A stretch of 64,000 bases of DNA from positions 95,480,001-95,544,000 of the forward strand of contig OX597815.1 in assembly GCA_951406725.2 (NCBI GenBank), read 5' to 3'. Of the stretch, positions 1 through 14,171 are shown piece by piece. The DNA is from Octopus vulgaris. Lineage: Eukaryota. How positions within the stretch are numbered: position 1 is the first letter of the stretch; each line of letters opens with the position of its first letter. A program made the translations under genes and the position numbers. The notes under the pieces were generated by a model, which saw only the letters and a program-made list of their open reading frames with translations, was not told the origin of the DNA and made no database searches.

Positions 1-99
1 ATCAGAGATGAACAAAGATATACACGAATGCGAATCTCTCTGTCCCTAAAGAAGTAAAAATAATTCTCTGCAATCGTAAATTCGGCAGGAATGCACAGG

Positions 100-900
100 C
101 ATCACTTGTGGATTTAGTTTTGGAAACGACTACTTCTACACCCTAAACTATGCAACAAAATTCCTCAGACGTATTCTTGAGCATCAAATGAAATGAAATC
201 ATGTAAAGTTAAAAACTTCAGAATTTTTGCTTTTATATTTGTCAGAATATATATCGAACTTTATAATAACAGTGAATGTACACCACACTGGCATCAATAA
301 TAATACCATGACGTGTGGTACATTAAAAACCATTGCCAAATAAAGAAATATCAACAGAGAGGAAGTAAAAGACGATAATCAATATGATATGGCTATCAAA
401 AAATTAAGCAATAAAAACAAAGAACCATCTGAAGATTCACATGTTCATTCGGGCTGCCAAACTTCACAAACCCAACTCTGTGCCGTCCATCACAAATTAC
501 CAATATGAGCTCTTGAACTTCATTTTCAGAAATACTAGTAAACATATACTTTGCAGGTTTTACCCAACATATTGCTGATATCGCCTGTAAGGATAGACGA
601 CAGCGTTAACTCGTAATATATTACCTTAACTAAGTATCATTCAAATTATATATACATTAATATAGAAAGTTTCAATAGCTTTTCTCTAATGTTAAACAGC
701 ACAATTGTATCTGTCACAAAATGAAACCTAAGACAACGCTGCACTGCTACTGTAAACAGAGTGGAGGAACAATGCAGTAACAAAGACATGCGAAATGAAT
801 TGGCTTTTTAAAACAATGATGGATGTAGTTTCACTTTCAATCACTCAACTTTGGATAAGGTTATGGCATTTGTGTCCGCCTGGAGGTTGGATTCAAAGGA
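100..900 (+). mobile_element. Highly decayed Penelope-like RT remnant
   Basis: ttcgggctgccaaacttcacaaaccc (~448-473) reads FGLP(K)LHKP with a frameshift, a PLE RT motif. Weaker traces of SLFSNV (~670-690), FTFN (~830) and an MGSP-like motif (~862-880) follow in the expected order. Many stops. Confidence 0.4.
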
Positions 901-2129
901 AAGAAAGCTTGCAAGAAAATACAAAGTTTAAGTAAAAGTACCGAGCCAAGAAGCCACTAGAATCATACTTTCAAAAAACAACTCCCATTAAACGCTGTTG
1001 TTCAAGCCTACATTACCAAATGCAGAGATTTCTGACCCTTGTATTTCATCGTGTAGGTTTGAAGAGGACTGAACTGAAAATATTTCAGCTCATTCCAATT
1101 TACCTAACACGAAATTGATTAAAATCTATGTATTGAAACAAAACACACTTAGAGTACCAGAAACGTATATGTAATTATTATGTATGTATAGTCATACTTA
1201 TTCAATTTAAATCAAACATCAGAACAGTGTCAAGTGTAGAATACATTACACATATTTTTAATCAAATTTTTTGTCCCAAATATTCTATATTGCTTTATAA
1301 TCTCATTTAATCAAATTAGCATTTACAATCGTAAGAAAATTACACTGGCTGCTCCCTGTCGGGCTTCTGTAATTTATAGTATGAAATGAATTCTGATCAT
1401 CAAGAAAGTAAATGCCAATATAGATATGAAGAAAATCGTAAATGTGATATACTTACTGGATATATAATTTTCTATTTCCTATTGTTTCTTATATGATGTG
1501 CACTCTTAATTTTCATAGGTGTTCACTTAGTACCATGATGTATCACCTAAAAGACGGAACTTTGAAGCGCATGCAGTGTTATACATATGTGACTGCCTGC
1601 GATACAAAAGAAAACAAAAACATGCTGTTTTGTCGAGTGTAGTTGCCTTCATTGATATACAGGAAAGCCGTCCATTATGTATTTTATATAAAATTATAAT
1701 AAATGTCATATCATACAATAAATAGAATTATCACGAAGTCTGTCAGTTGCTGTATAATCTTGATTTTATTATAATTCTTCAAATCCCAATCCAATTAAAC
1801 TAATGTTCTCTACTGATAATTCTTTGCTTTATGTCAACATACTGCACTTCAGTAATTAGAGTTGGTAGCGAGACGGAAAAAATCGCGAAATTGAGCACGC
1901 TTAAAGCAGAATAGGTAATATTTAAAATTGCATCAAATATCAGATGTAAATATAGTAACCTGAAACGGTACCATTTATGAAAGATAATTTGATTTTCTCG
2001 TGAACATCAAATCGAAAATTTACTATGCTGTGCACATAATATTAATTCTGTATGATTATTCAAAATGACTATAAAAGCTTTAGAGAAACTGGCAATTATT
2101 TGCATCCTGTTGGTGTTATATAACAAAAC

Positions 2130-2265
2130 GGCATGGACGGGTGTTTTAGAAGTTCACTCATAACCTCAAGGTTGGGGGTTCAAAACTTCTGCGTGGTGTA
2201 TTGGACATGTGTCAATATCTGTAACCTAGCATCGAATTAAAACTTGTGAAAGAAATCAGAATCCA
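2130..2265 (+). mobile_element. Degenerate tRNA-derived SINE head
   Basis: agaagttcactcataacctcaaggttgggggttcaaaac...ttggacatgtgtc...aaaacttgtga aligns by eye with the SINE heads at 5940 and 10796. Confidence 0.5.
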
Positions 2266-2313
2266 TTGACGAGGGTCTTATGTTATTAGTCACTATTTGT
2301 CAGCCACATTCTG

Positions 2314-2465
2314 ACACACACACACACATACACACAAATACACTCACACACATACACACGCACACATACATATGCACAGATACACAAACATATACATATA
2401 TCAATATATGTATTTATATATATATATACACACACATATAGACACACACACACATACACACACAC

Positions 2466-2552
<87 letters not shown>
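2314..2552. repeat. Compound (CA)n/(TA)n microsatellite, one example of dozens in the window
   Basis: Seen directly in the sequence. Comparable tracts occur at about 3875, 4890, 6072, 7680, 9430, 13330, 21720, 28620, 31060, 37020, 38308, 48390, 53395, 55523, 57570, 58405, 58710 and 60070. Confidence 0.97.
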
Positions 2553-2554
<2 letters not shown>

Positions 2555-2670
2555 CTTTAAGGAAATTAATTCCCCCAAAATACTAGGTATCGACCCAGTA
2601 TTTCCTTTGATGAAACCGTCCCTTTAAGAGGTTAACACGACCTCTAATCAAATTTATATATATATGCACA

Positions 2671-3869
2671 CACATGTTAGAAATAAATAGATACCACTTA
2701 AACGTCGTTTTCTGTTTATTCTAACTTGTAAATGTTTATATTTCTTGTTAAGTGATTTTTATGTTTCAGATTCTACATGTCACTCGGAACTGTCTGAATT
2801 TCAAATAAGCCGTATTGTGGGTTATTCTGAGGGTGAATATAGTCAGCGTAAAATCGCAGAAAACCTTGGGATCCCACTTTCTACAGTTAATAGATGGATT
2901 GTGCTATTCACCAGAGAGGGGAAGGAGTCTACCTTGTCCAGATCAACCAGAGCCCTCTGACAGGACCCTTCCGTTTCGTAAGAGAAATGTGTAGGATAAT
3001 TCTCGTTGCAAGGCCTCTGATATAGCAGCGCAAGTTGATGTCAGTCCCAGAACAGCTGTCAGGTATCTCCACAATCTCGATTACTGTGGTAGAGCAGGAA
3101 AAAGGAAGCCACATCTTTGACCAGCCAATATGAAGCGGAGAAAAGATTGGGCCAGTGAGATGGTGGAGACGCCGTTACCATTTTGGGACACTGTCATTCT
3201 CTGATGAGTGCAGATTTGCTGTATTTCCTAACAGCGGTCGTGTGTGGATCTGGAGACTCTGTGATCAAGAATTTGATGTGAAAAGATTGCAATCAGCGTT
3301 GAAACACAGCAGCAATTATGTGATGGTCTGGGAAACAATTGGAGTAATGGTTGATCAGAGCTGGTGGAGTGTGAGGGAAAGATAAACTCAAATAAATATA
3401 TGTCCATATTGCAGAAAGGACTCTTTCCAAACATCTCTAGTGGTGAAATGATTAAAGAAGACTATTTATGGAAGATGGGATTCCTTGTTACACGGTTAAA
3501 ATGACACAAGATTTGTTGGAAAAGAATGACATTAGAAGGTTTCCATAACGAAGCCAGTCAACAGATATGAACCCTATAGACCACCAGTGAGGCATGATGG
3601 AAAGGTATTTCATAAGCAGAAGAAAGCATCTTCAAACTAGATCTTTTGAGATTATTGCATGAAACTTAGCAAAAAATTCCGTAAGAGAATATTCACCATC
3701 TGATCAGTAACATGCCTAATAGGGTACTTGCATTGAAAAATGCAAAGAGTATGTCTACGAAAATATAAAATGTTCACATTATAACTTCTAACAAATAATT
3801 TGAATATAGAATTTCAGATTCAAATGAATTTTAATGTTTATGAGGGGGTCTACTTACTTCTTTCACGTC

Positions 3870-3871
<2 letters not shown>
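2671..3871 (+). mobile_element. Tc1-family DNA transposon, near full length, pseudogenised transposase
   Basis: HTH region [18 protein letters not shown]; first Asp in FSDECRF; KHSSNYVMVW; FMEDGIPC (~3465); SQSTDMNPIDH (~3552, equivalent to SPDLNPIE). Degenerate TIRs at ~2671-2697 and ~3845-3871, the right one followed by TA. Confidence 0.9.
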
Positions 3872-3929
<58 letters not shown>

Positions 3930-3932
<3 letters not shown>

Positions 3933-4560
3933 ATATCCCATACTCTGGGATACCCCAGAAACAGCAGGGAAGACGTATCGAAAACTACCAGGTGTTGCCT
4001 CTTGAAGCAAATAGGGACTGAAATGAGCAAAAGAATATATTAATATAGATTTTCAACTGTTCTGCTAGTAGCGCTTAAAGGCATGATTTGGACTGGTGTC
4101 GTTGGTGGTCGGGCCATAGAAATTCTCAGATGGCATTAAGATGACATCAAAGACATCTGTTACCTTCTTAAAAGAAAATTTCTAACCTAGGTTCAAAAAG
4201 CAAAAACTTTCATTTAAGAGAAAGTTGGTCTTCATGCTAGAATACTCCCCGTCTCATGCAGAGAAGAATCCTGAGGAATACCTGCAGCAAGTTGAATTCT
4301 CTGGAGGTCATTTGGTAGAGTAGCCACCTTGTTCCTCTGACTTAAACCTGATCGAGAACCTGTGGAGTGTCCCGAAGAGGCGCGTTTACCAAGATGGAGA
4401 ACAGTTTTCAAGTAAAGTTGTAATCTGGGATGCTATTGTAGATGCTGCTCAAAGCATGACACAAGAGGAAATCATCATGTTGACAAATTCAGTGGATCAG
4501 GGCGTAAGGAAGTTTATTGCATGTGGAGGACAATACATCCAACGTAAGAAGCTGTATGAC
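3930..4560 (+). mobile_element. Second Tc1-family transposase fragment (catalytic C-terminal half)
   Basis: LVFMLEYSPSHA (~4225, equivalent to FMQDNAP.H) and *PPCSSDLNLIENLWSVPKRRVY (4321-4389, equivalent to WPP.SPDLNPIENLW). Confidence 0.85.
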
Positions 4561-4959
4561 ATTATAATCCCAAGATTATCTTCATTTGAACGTAATATTA
4601 AGTTTACCATACGTTTATGAAAAACGCTTTGTTAAAACTTTACTTTCGGATTAAATAAATGATTCTACTGACACAATTATCCTATTTATTATACCTGCCT
4701 AATAATTTGTAACAGTGAAAATGTTGCACAATAACAAACATGACCGCCATTTGTTGGCGTCTGCGAGGATCCGATTTCTTTTAACAGAATGTGTGCAGAT
4801 ATGTGTTGCCAAGACTCAGAGGGAAAACAATTGGTTTTGAACGAAAATGCATTTATTTATTAAGGAGGTTGCATATCCATATATATATACACTTACATGT
4901 ACACACACGCACACACACACACACATATATATGCATAGATAGATAGATATACATATACA

Positions 4960-5031
<72 letters not shown>

Positions 5032-5939
5032 TGTGTGTGCATGTGTATGTGTTTGTGTATGTGTTTGTGTATGTGTATAGGACTCGTTGAAAAACGACTT
5101 GTAGTAATGAATATTTTAATTATCAACTTTATTTTCAGACATTCAAAATGTGTTGACATGTATAGCAGCTGCGTGACGCTTTAACTTGTAGAATATGTAA
5201 TCAAAATCAAATGATTTATTCCTTGATATATGCTTATTACCGATTTTGACAATAACTATTTATGGCTAATCTAGTGACACTGGTAAAACTGCTATATGAT
5301 ATAAACTTTCTTTACCAATACTACTCCTTAGTTCCAATTTTCCTGAGTTCCTGTGTAAATACGTTATATATGCACCTGACAATAATAGATATTAAAATGC
5401 AACCTTTCAAAATTTGGCTTGCAGCTGGTACGTTTAATTGCATGATAAATCATCGTAGTATTAACACTTTTGTAGTTAGGTTCTCTATGTTGATTGTATA
5501 TATATATATATATATATTCACCACTTTTATTATTTTGCGTGTATATTTACCATGGCTAATAGTTGAATCAATCAATATTTTGAGACTACTATGTCAATAG
5601 CATTCCGCATATTGGCGATATGAATTTTGCCCTGAGTATGGGTCCATTACAAATGTTCCCGCAGAAACATCAGTAAATCTCGGGAAACAATTCGAAGGCA
5701 ACTGTATATTCAAGGTCCTTTGAATACTACATGTGATTATCGAGTAAAGAAGTTCGGGAATCAGACAGCATCTGACTTCGTTCATGTTATTGCATATTCG
5801 TCAATAGTAAAGAACGACGTTTGAGTTTCATCCACGCATATTCGATTACAAATGAAGTGTTGCACTACTCGAAACATTATCAATGGTTCGAGTATATTAT
5901 TTGCTTACTGAATGCTCTTTTGCATTTTCAGTTTTACCT

Positions 5940-6069
5940 GAGTGGCTGTGTGGTAAGTAGCTTATAAACCACATGGTTCCGGATTCAGTCCAAATGTGTG
6001 GCAGTTTGGGCAAGTATGTTCTACTATAGCATAGGGCCGACCAAAGCCTTGTGAGTGGATTTGGTAGAC

Positions 6070-6134
<65 letters not shown>

Positions 6135-6318
6135 GCGTGTATATGTTTGTGTGTCTGAATTTGTCCTTCCATCCGTAACCTAGATGTTCGGCAAAAAGAG
6201 ACCGATAGAATTAGTACTAGGCTTACCAGGAATAAGTCCTGGGGTCGAGTTGTTCGACTAAAGGCGGTGCTCCAGCATGGCCGCAGTCAAATGACTGAAA
6301 CAAGTAAAAGAGTAAAAG
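5940..6318 (+). mobile_element. Full-length tRNA-derived SINE (octopus-type) with internal (TA)n
   Basis: A-box-like gtggctgtgtggtaag and B-box-like ggttccggattcagtcc. The 3' tail ggcggtgctccagcatggccgcagtcaaatgactgaaacaagtaaaagagtaaaag recurs at 31585 and 38609 (minus strand). Confidence 0.85.
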
Positions 6319-7681
6319 TGTAACTATGTCCTCTTCCAAGTCAACCTACTTAGCACAATGCCTTTCGAGAGTGACATCACTACTGAGTTAATCAAATGTG
6401 TTATTGACATCAAGGATGAAAAGCAGTTCTCAATTCAGTTAATATTTAGAGGATGAATGCATTTTGCTACAGGGCGAAAAAACTGTTGGATATTGAAGTA
6501 AAGTGTCATTTGTCAAAATATTCTAATAAAGTAACAACATTTTATAAACAAACTTTCGAAGCACCTGTACATATTGGTGTTTTACAGGCACGAAAGCTAA
6601 TTTGGAACATAGCGTACTTTTAAGAACCGCAGAGAAAGATTAGGTATTTACCCTTATAAGATGGAAAAAGTTGCCAGGCGCTTTGCTTAATGGTAGAACA
6701 CTCAGAAAACTCGTTGTAATTATTTCCAGTGAAGTGATTGTATCAATATCAGAATGTTGGTAATTTATGTAAGTAAATGACAGTGTACGTATACAAACAA
6801 ACAGATATTCCAGTAGAAGGCCCAAAATCTATTAATTGTTTCATTGACCGAATTCAGACTAATATTTCTTTTGCCAAGTGAAACGTAATCATTATAAAAT
6901 AATATTACAAAACATTTGATGAAGTACAGGATCAAATACATTACCCATAGAAACGGAAAAAAAACGAAGCTTTAAAATAATAACATATTACATGCTGCTC
7001 GGTTCCATTATCAATCTATTTATAATTTTAAAGCGAATTCAGAGAGCCCACTACATCGATTTCAAGTATATCAATACATGTATCATATTTATTTGAAGTT
7101 TATTAATTTACATATAACATTTATATAACTTTACTTCACCCGTTGTAGCTACTACAATTTGCTACTTAAGCTTTGGTATCCCAATTTCCGTTATTGATCT
7201 TTTTCCTGTTTCAATTGAAGGGATGTACGAATTTGTTTTTATCGGTTTAGATTATTTTGCTTCTATTTCACGATTTATTATTTTTTCTTCCTTTATATCG
7301 TTGCAGTTATACTAAGGCATGATTCGAGATCTCTAAATCCTTCATGATGCCTTATGATATCAATATCACTACGAAAAGGGTGATTACTGTCATTTCTAAC
7401 TTTAATATTACCATCTAGGATGTGCATGTTTCCTTATGCATTCCAGAAATACATTGAAAATGCCTGACACAATCCGTTAAATAGTTGATTGCTTAATTTC
7501 CAAAGAAAACCATTCATTATGCCATCTAATATTGGAAACCGATGTCAAATATTCTGGCAATAAGCCTTGTCCCAGGTTACAGAGCCATTAATACTTCTAT
7601 TGATATCAATGTAAGTTAGTGAAGATTTCCTCTGCTGTAGCATGTATCTTACTGCTATTAAGGAATATATTATACGTTAAT

Positions 7682-7775
<94 letters not shown>

Positions 7776-7786
7776 GCATGTATATG

Positions 7787-7827
<41 letters not shown>

Positions 7828-8619
7828 TTACACACACAAAACTATGTATATGTATGTGTATACTGTGCGTGTGTGTGGATGCGTTTAAGACTTACCAAGC
7901 CCGTGGACGAGAGAGGGACAATATTACAGAAGTGCCTTCTATTAATAATCTTTGAAGTTATGAATCTTACAAGAAACGACATGTCGTTTTTCTTTACACT
8001 GGCTGAAAAAATAACTGACAAACTACGATACACTTGAATTTTATGTCCTTATAAATCTCTTGTAATTTCAACATGCACATCATACTATTGAATAAAATAA
8101 TAACTATTTACTTTTATTATGAAATTCAATAGAGTGCCACGCATTTTCAATATACAAAATGATTTTGCTGCAATCAAGTAGACATAATAAAACTAAATCA
8201 AAACGTGATGCTATACCTAAGAATCATACGATGACAGAAGGAAAATGAAGCTAGACTATAGTAAAATAATTTAGAATAAATATCTAATTAAAATTTCTCC
8301 TGACATCTATTATTTTTCGATACATATAGTAGATATGTAAAGAGATTGTTATATTTGTAATAGCTTGGTCCATTGTGAATTTTGAAGGAGAGGACAAAAA
8401 TTGGTGTGGTTCTGTGCATTGAGGGAAAGGATTAAGACGAAGATATAGAAGATATGATCACATGCATGAGCAAATGTACTCGCACATGTATACGCACGCG
8501 CGCACACACATACTCACTCATACACATGCTCACACACATATACATACCACTCCCATACATATGTATATATGTATGTATATATGTCTATCTATCTATCTAT
8601 CTGCATATATATATATATA

Positions 8620-9427
8620 AATTAACAGAATGCGATAAAAATTCAAGGCGGTGAATAGTTTTTGAGAACAGTCTAATAATGGGGCGTATAAGAAAAAGAC
8701 CGAAAAGTATTAGGGTTTCCTCCCTCGCGTGGGACTCGAGCGCATATATCTTTGTAAACGGGACTACATAGGTTCCCATTGCACCAGCGAATTAGCCCCT
8801 CTGCTCCTGTCAATTTTAAGAACTACATTAGTTCGTAGTTGTTTTGTGAACAAACTTTCTATGTGCTTTCGGTGTGAATGGTTTTCTTATAAGATGCCGG
8901 GTTTTCCAAACCTGTAAATAGTGTAAATAATAATAATGATATTTATATGAGCCTAAAACTTATAGCGATCATCGTGCAATGGATAAGGGAAATAGTCTAA
9001 TAATGAGGCTTATAAGGGATCGTGGTGTAGAAAGAAAGTTCGCTTCGAGTAATTGGTAGTAAAAGATAAAATACAAAAAACAATATTCAAGCTCAATAGT
9101 ATTATATTGAGATGGAAGGCTGTGGATTATTTTTCTTTATCGCAGAACGATGAAAAGAAAAAAAAAGATATATTTTATATTCCACGGTAGGCGACCAGGG
9201 GTGTGCAGTGTGCGAAAAATAATGCAAGAGGAAAATCCAGGCAACATATATTTCATAGCGAGTGGAACCTCGGAAGTGGTAAAATCCAAGCGAGGTTCAT
9301 ACCGCTGGCTACTCTTCAGGCCAAGGCAATCTTGATTAGATCAGAGGCTACGTTGTCACAAGGAGATACATGTTGGCTCAAAGAGTATTCAATCAGAATG
9401 CGTATATCCTGTATATATATCCTGATT

Positions 9428-9430
<3 letters not shown>
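8620..9430 (-). mobile_element. Putative PLE pseudo-LTR or non-autonomous element between (TA)n tracts
   Basis: Non-coding block bounded on both sides by TA microsatellites and carrying a well-formed hammerhead motif at 9240-9322. Confidence 0.5.
9240..9322 (-). ncRNA. Type I hammerhead ribozyme motif, canonical core, long stem II
   Basis: Minus strand: GGC-CUGAAGA-GUAGC...GAACCUCG...CGAGGUUC...GCUAU-GAAA-UAUAU-GUU-GCC. Stems I and II pair, and stem III is near-palindromic. Confidence 0.7.
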
Positions 9431-9464
<34 letters not shown>

Positions 9465-9481
9465 TATGTGTGTGTGTGTGC

Positions 9482-9520
<39 letters not shown>

Positions 9521-9803
9521 TGTATGTATGTATGTATGCATGTATGTATGTATGTATGAATACATATTTAAAGGATAAAGTATTATTTTAAAGACTTTTT
9601 AGGAACGGAATCTCTTAGAGACCTTATCAGATGGTAATAATCTGGAGGCGAAAATACAAGTGTCTAATTAACAGTCTCGAATTGCATTTAGTACAAAAAT
9701 ACATCGTTTCGTGTGTATATATATATATAAAGATGTATGTATGTATATATACTTTACAACTCCTACTGCTAGTGTTTACCTATCGCTCAGAGATTCAGTA
9801 TAG

Positions 9804-9835
<32 letters not shown>

Positions 9836-10795
9836 CTATACTGAATCGACGTATTTTTGAACTAAATACAATTCGAAACTGATAATTAGACACTTGTATT
9901 TTTGCCTCGTGATTTTAACCATCTGATAAAGCTTCTGATAGATTCTCTTCCTAAGCAGTAATCTAGATAATATATTACCCTTTCGGAAAGAACATCGTGA
10001 CAAATTCTTATAAATGATTTGTTTGTTGCATAAATAACAACTTGCTTTTACAATCTATTATAAGGTAAGCAAAAATGATATCTAAAAAATGTGTGGTATA
10101 TGCAAGGGAATATATAGTATATGCGCACTAATTCTGTTGGCAATTTACCTGATGTGATTCAACTGTCATTAAAGAATTAGATGTCATTTCCATGTGGATT
10201 TCATACATTTCTTACATACTTTTAATATATTTTCCTCGTGTGATTTGGAAAAAATGACAATGATTTAAAATATCCTTAATGATTAACGGAAAAATAATAT
10301 CGTAGATATATACGGTTTTTATTGCCTTTCTCGAAGATGTATTACTCCTAAAAACATAAAGGACAATTTTTTAAAGAAATTATAAGTAATGTAAAGTATA
10401 AGATAACAACTGCGTGTGACGAGACGACTATTTAATTTAACCAAACGTGCATACAGTATTTTAGAAAAATTCTGAAAGGATACATACGGGCTGTGCAGAA
10501 ATAATACATATATTATCAACGCTTCTCAACTGCTGTTGAAAGAAATGCAGGTAGAAATGATTATTACTATTAACCATATCAATTCTCAACGCAATAAATT
10601 GTGTATCTCTAATGTATTCCTTACAATATAATCAATGAAAATATCTGAAAAAAAGAAGTATGAATTTTTAACTGATGTTTTTATAGGATTCCAAATCCTT
10701 TGTAGTTTCGTCGTAAATTTGTTTCTCTGTCTATGTATCTATGTTTTCATCTATGATTCAATGTATCAGTCAGTATATCTCTCTGCATGTGTATA

Positions 10796-11075
10796 TGTGG
10801 CTGTGTGGTAAGAAGCTTGATTCTCAATCACATGGTTCCGGGTTCAGTCCCACTACGTGTTGCCTTGGGCGAGTGTCTTCTACTATAGCGTCGGGCCAAC
10901 TAAATCCTTATGAGTGGATTTGGTAGACAGAACCTAGAAGGAGCATGTCGTGTATATTTGTATACATCTATCTGTGTGCATCTTTGTGTCTGTGTTGCCC
11001 CCCACATATTTACAACCAGTGTTGGTGTGTTTACGACACCGAAACTTAGCGGCTCGGCAAAACAGACAGATAGAA
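10796..11075 (+). mobile_element. tRNA-derived SINE, 3'-truncated copy of the 5940 family
   Basis: gtggctgtgtggtaagaagcttg...ggttccgggttcagtccc...gagtggatttggtagac matches 5940-6070. Confidence 0.85.
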
Positions 11076-12154
11076 AAAATACGTTCACTTCCACTCTTCC
11101 ACACACTCTTCCAAACTCTACCACCACGCTCCTCAGTTGCTCTTCCCCCTGTAGGATGAAGTTCAAATGATAGACAGAGAACACTATTGGAAAATAGGAA
11201 AATTAAAACAACAGTTCCTGGAAAGGGAAATAGATTCTGGGTTTATCCCCAATTTTTTCACATTGGGTGTTCGTTGATTCATTTCCTGATATAAAACAAA
11301 AACTACATCAAATATTTTCTGACCCCTTCCCTTCATAATTTTGTCTTATTTTGAGTAGTTTTCAAGCTCTAAGTAAATATAGATATCACTACGCTGGTGT
11401 TTGTATTATGTCTGTGCCGTGAAGATAAGTACTAAATGTTATAACTAATTATGTATGAGAAAGTTTGAGTAGTCGTTAATTCACGTCTTTCTTGGTAGAA
11501 GAGATAATTATTTAACTCAAATATTTTAGGTGAGATAGACTACCCTGCCATAAAGTGAAACATTTCTTGCAAAGGTACCAGTTGAGAGATGATGTGATGA
11601 AGGATTAGGAAAGGTCTGTTGCAGCCTAAAATATGAGACAGATGGCCTATAGGTAGGCTTCTTTACTGAAAACTTCAAATGAGATGCGGGCAATTTCATT
11701 TGTCAATAATATTGATTTTGTTAAGATTCTGAAGTGCCAGAGGCAAGATGTGTAGATTCTAGCATAGCATGCTTGAAATATGAATTTGTCTGAAATATTC
11801 CCAAGAATATACTAAATAATCGATATGCAGCGTTTAGAGTCCTCTCTTTCTATTTATATATTTTATAGGTACTATGTTTATTGACTCTGAAATATCAATT
11901 CGGTAATCCAGTCATATTATATGGTATGTATTTCACTTGATCTCAATGTAAAATTAAATCCATTTGGGCGAGAGTATTTACATCAGGACATATGCTAGAA
12001 TATATGTAAACTGTGTCGCCGGTTGTAGAATATTGAATGCATCTATGCTGGGTCATAAATCTGTTGCGTCGGTCAAACTGATCGCAAAGTGTTTTTCAAT
12101 GTAGCACGTATGGTGTCTTGATATATATCAGGAGGGTCAATATGTTTATGAGCC

Positions 12155-12360
12155 TTTCTACTATAGGAACAATGTCTGGAACTTTCTGGGAGGGGCTAGA
12201 CAATCAAGTCGAGCGCAGTGTTAAACAGGTACTTAACTTATAACCTCTGAAAAAATTGCAGGTAACTCCGACCTCGGCTAAATTTGAACTTAGAAAGCAA
12301 AACTGGAAGTAGTGTCGCGAAACATTTTGCTCTGCGTGCTGACGATTCTGCCAGCTACCT
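12155..12360 (-). mobile_element. Degenerate SINE of the 26679 family
   Basis: Reverse complement of gacgattctgccagct...aatttgaact...gacctcggc...ggtactta matches 26679-26890. Confidence 0.65.
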
Positions 12361-13496
12361 GTCTTCAGAATGTTAATAACAAATACAGACAACTTGTCAT
12401 AAACCCATCATGAGACAAGAGGCACGAGAATTATCATCATGAAATGAAATATACTGCATCACTCTCTATTATCGGAAATCTAAGTTATAATTTGAACGCA
12501 CTATGACATTTCACAGATAACCGTCAAACAGAGATACAAATGAGTACACTCACATATATATGTCTGCATATAAATGTATATTTGTGTTTGTGTAAAATTG
12601 TCCGTTTTTTCCATCCATGTTTTCGTTTACATTCACTGCTTTCCTCCAAGGAATCTAATGCTCTTAGCTTAGTTCTTCATTGGGACTGGGCAGATTGGAA
12701 CAATCTCAAGTATAACCAGCCGAAATTGCAAAGATAATCTCGAACTCGACTGAGGAAAGAAAACTCCGAATGACCCATCCTTGTTCTTTTTGTATCGTCT
12801 ATCTAAATGGTTTCCGGCCCTCTTTTTGTATCACTTAACTCTCTGGATGTTTTGCGTTCTTGTCCCATTTTGTATTTTTATATATAAAATATAGAGCGAC
12901 ATACGTACACTTTGGTGTCTTATAAATATATATATCTATATGCTTATATATAAATATGTACACATGTGTGTACGTGTGTGTACGCGCACACACACATAGC
13001 TGCCTGCTTATGTATATACATACATATATTCACACACACACACACGCACACACATTGATAGCGGATTGTAAGTTTGTATTTGTGTATGTATGTAAACATG
13101 CAGTTGAATTCTATGCTATGTTTTGATTTACTATCAGTTGCTCTCATGTTATATATCAACCTCAGCTCAAAATGGGATAACATTTGCCCGCTCTATTAAA
13201 AATGTTATATGTTTTAGTTAGCACAAATTGGGTGCTGTCAGGTTCGTGTATTTCTTTATGAAATTATACCGGGAAACTTCATCGCACTAGAATAGAAAAC
13301 TAATAGGTATATTAACACGGGTGGATTTATGTTGATATGTGTGTATATGTGATATATGTGGGTGCGTTGTGTGTGGGTGTGTGTGTTATGTGTGTGTGTG
13401 TGTTGTTTGTATGTGGTGTGTGTTTGTATACTATGTGTGTGTGTGTGTGTGTTGTTGTGTGTGTGTGTGTTTGTGTGTATATATATGTGTGTGACA

Positions 13497-14171
13497 AACA
13501 GACGCTGTCTGACCAGCAGGCACGGACACATCTATTCACACCCGCATACTAACCTCCTGATAACCCCAAAATCATTCATGCATAAAGGGAAGTATACACC
13601 ACATTGGCTACTTCTTCTGTTCTCTCAGTTCAGCCTTTCTGCTAATACTGACAGGTCAGTAAAAACATACTTAAAATATTCTGAGATGTACAAAAAATCC
13701 ATTTTAATTTTTGCTGTCAAAACGCTGTATATATATACCAAAGATTGTATATATATACATGTAATGTGACAATTTGCGACAACCAATAATTAACGCAACC
13801 AATTCCCAATAATATATTTGTTTTATCCTTTTCTGCCAAATTTTCCCAAATAATGTGACAATTATGTATAAAAAAACATTTTTGAATTCATAATATCCAA
13901 TGTGACAATTATGTAAAAAACTTTTTTGAATGCATAATATTCAATGTGACAATTATGTAAAAAACTTTTTTGAACCCATAATATCCAATGTGACAATTAT
14001 GTAAAAAACTTTTTTGAATGCATAATATTCAATGTGACAATTATGTAAAAAACTTTTTTTGAACCCATATTATTCAATGTTTCCTTAAATGTAACTTTTG
14101 ACAGTCTTTTACCAAAGAGTGAAACCGGTTAAGTAAATAAACATCGTTTAAATTGCATTTTCAAACCTTTT

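Noticed and set aside
5940-6020. tRNA gene
   Set aside because: A- and B-box-like motifs are present, but there is no cloverleaf and the sequence continues into a SINE body.
8695-8815. Second hammerhead in the 8620-9430 unit (minus-strand gaaacc...ggtc)
   Set aside because: No convincing CUGANGA core or stem II pairing could be drawn.
11760-12140. Possible decayed CR1-like 3' region on the minus strand
   Set aside because: The similarity is too faint to support by eye.
13852-14080. CRISPR-like array
   Set aside because: The units are contiguous with no unique spacers, there are no cas genes, and the context is eukaryotic. The same applies to the 29-bp repeat at 35836.
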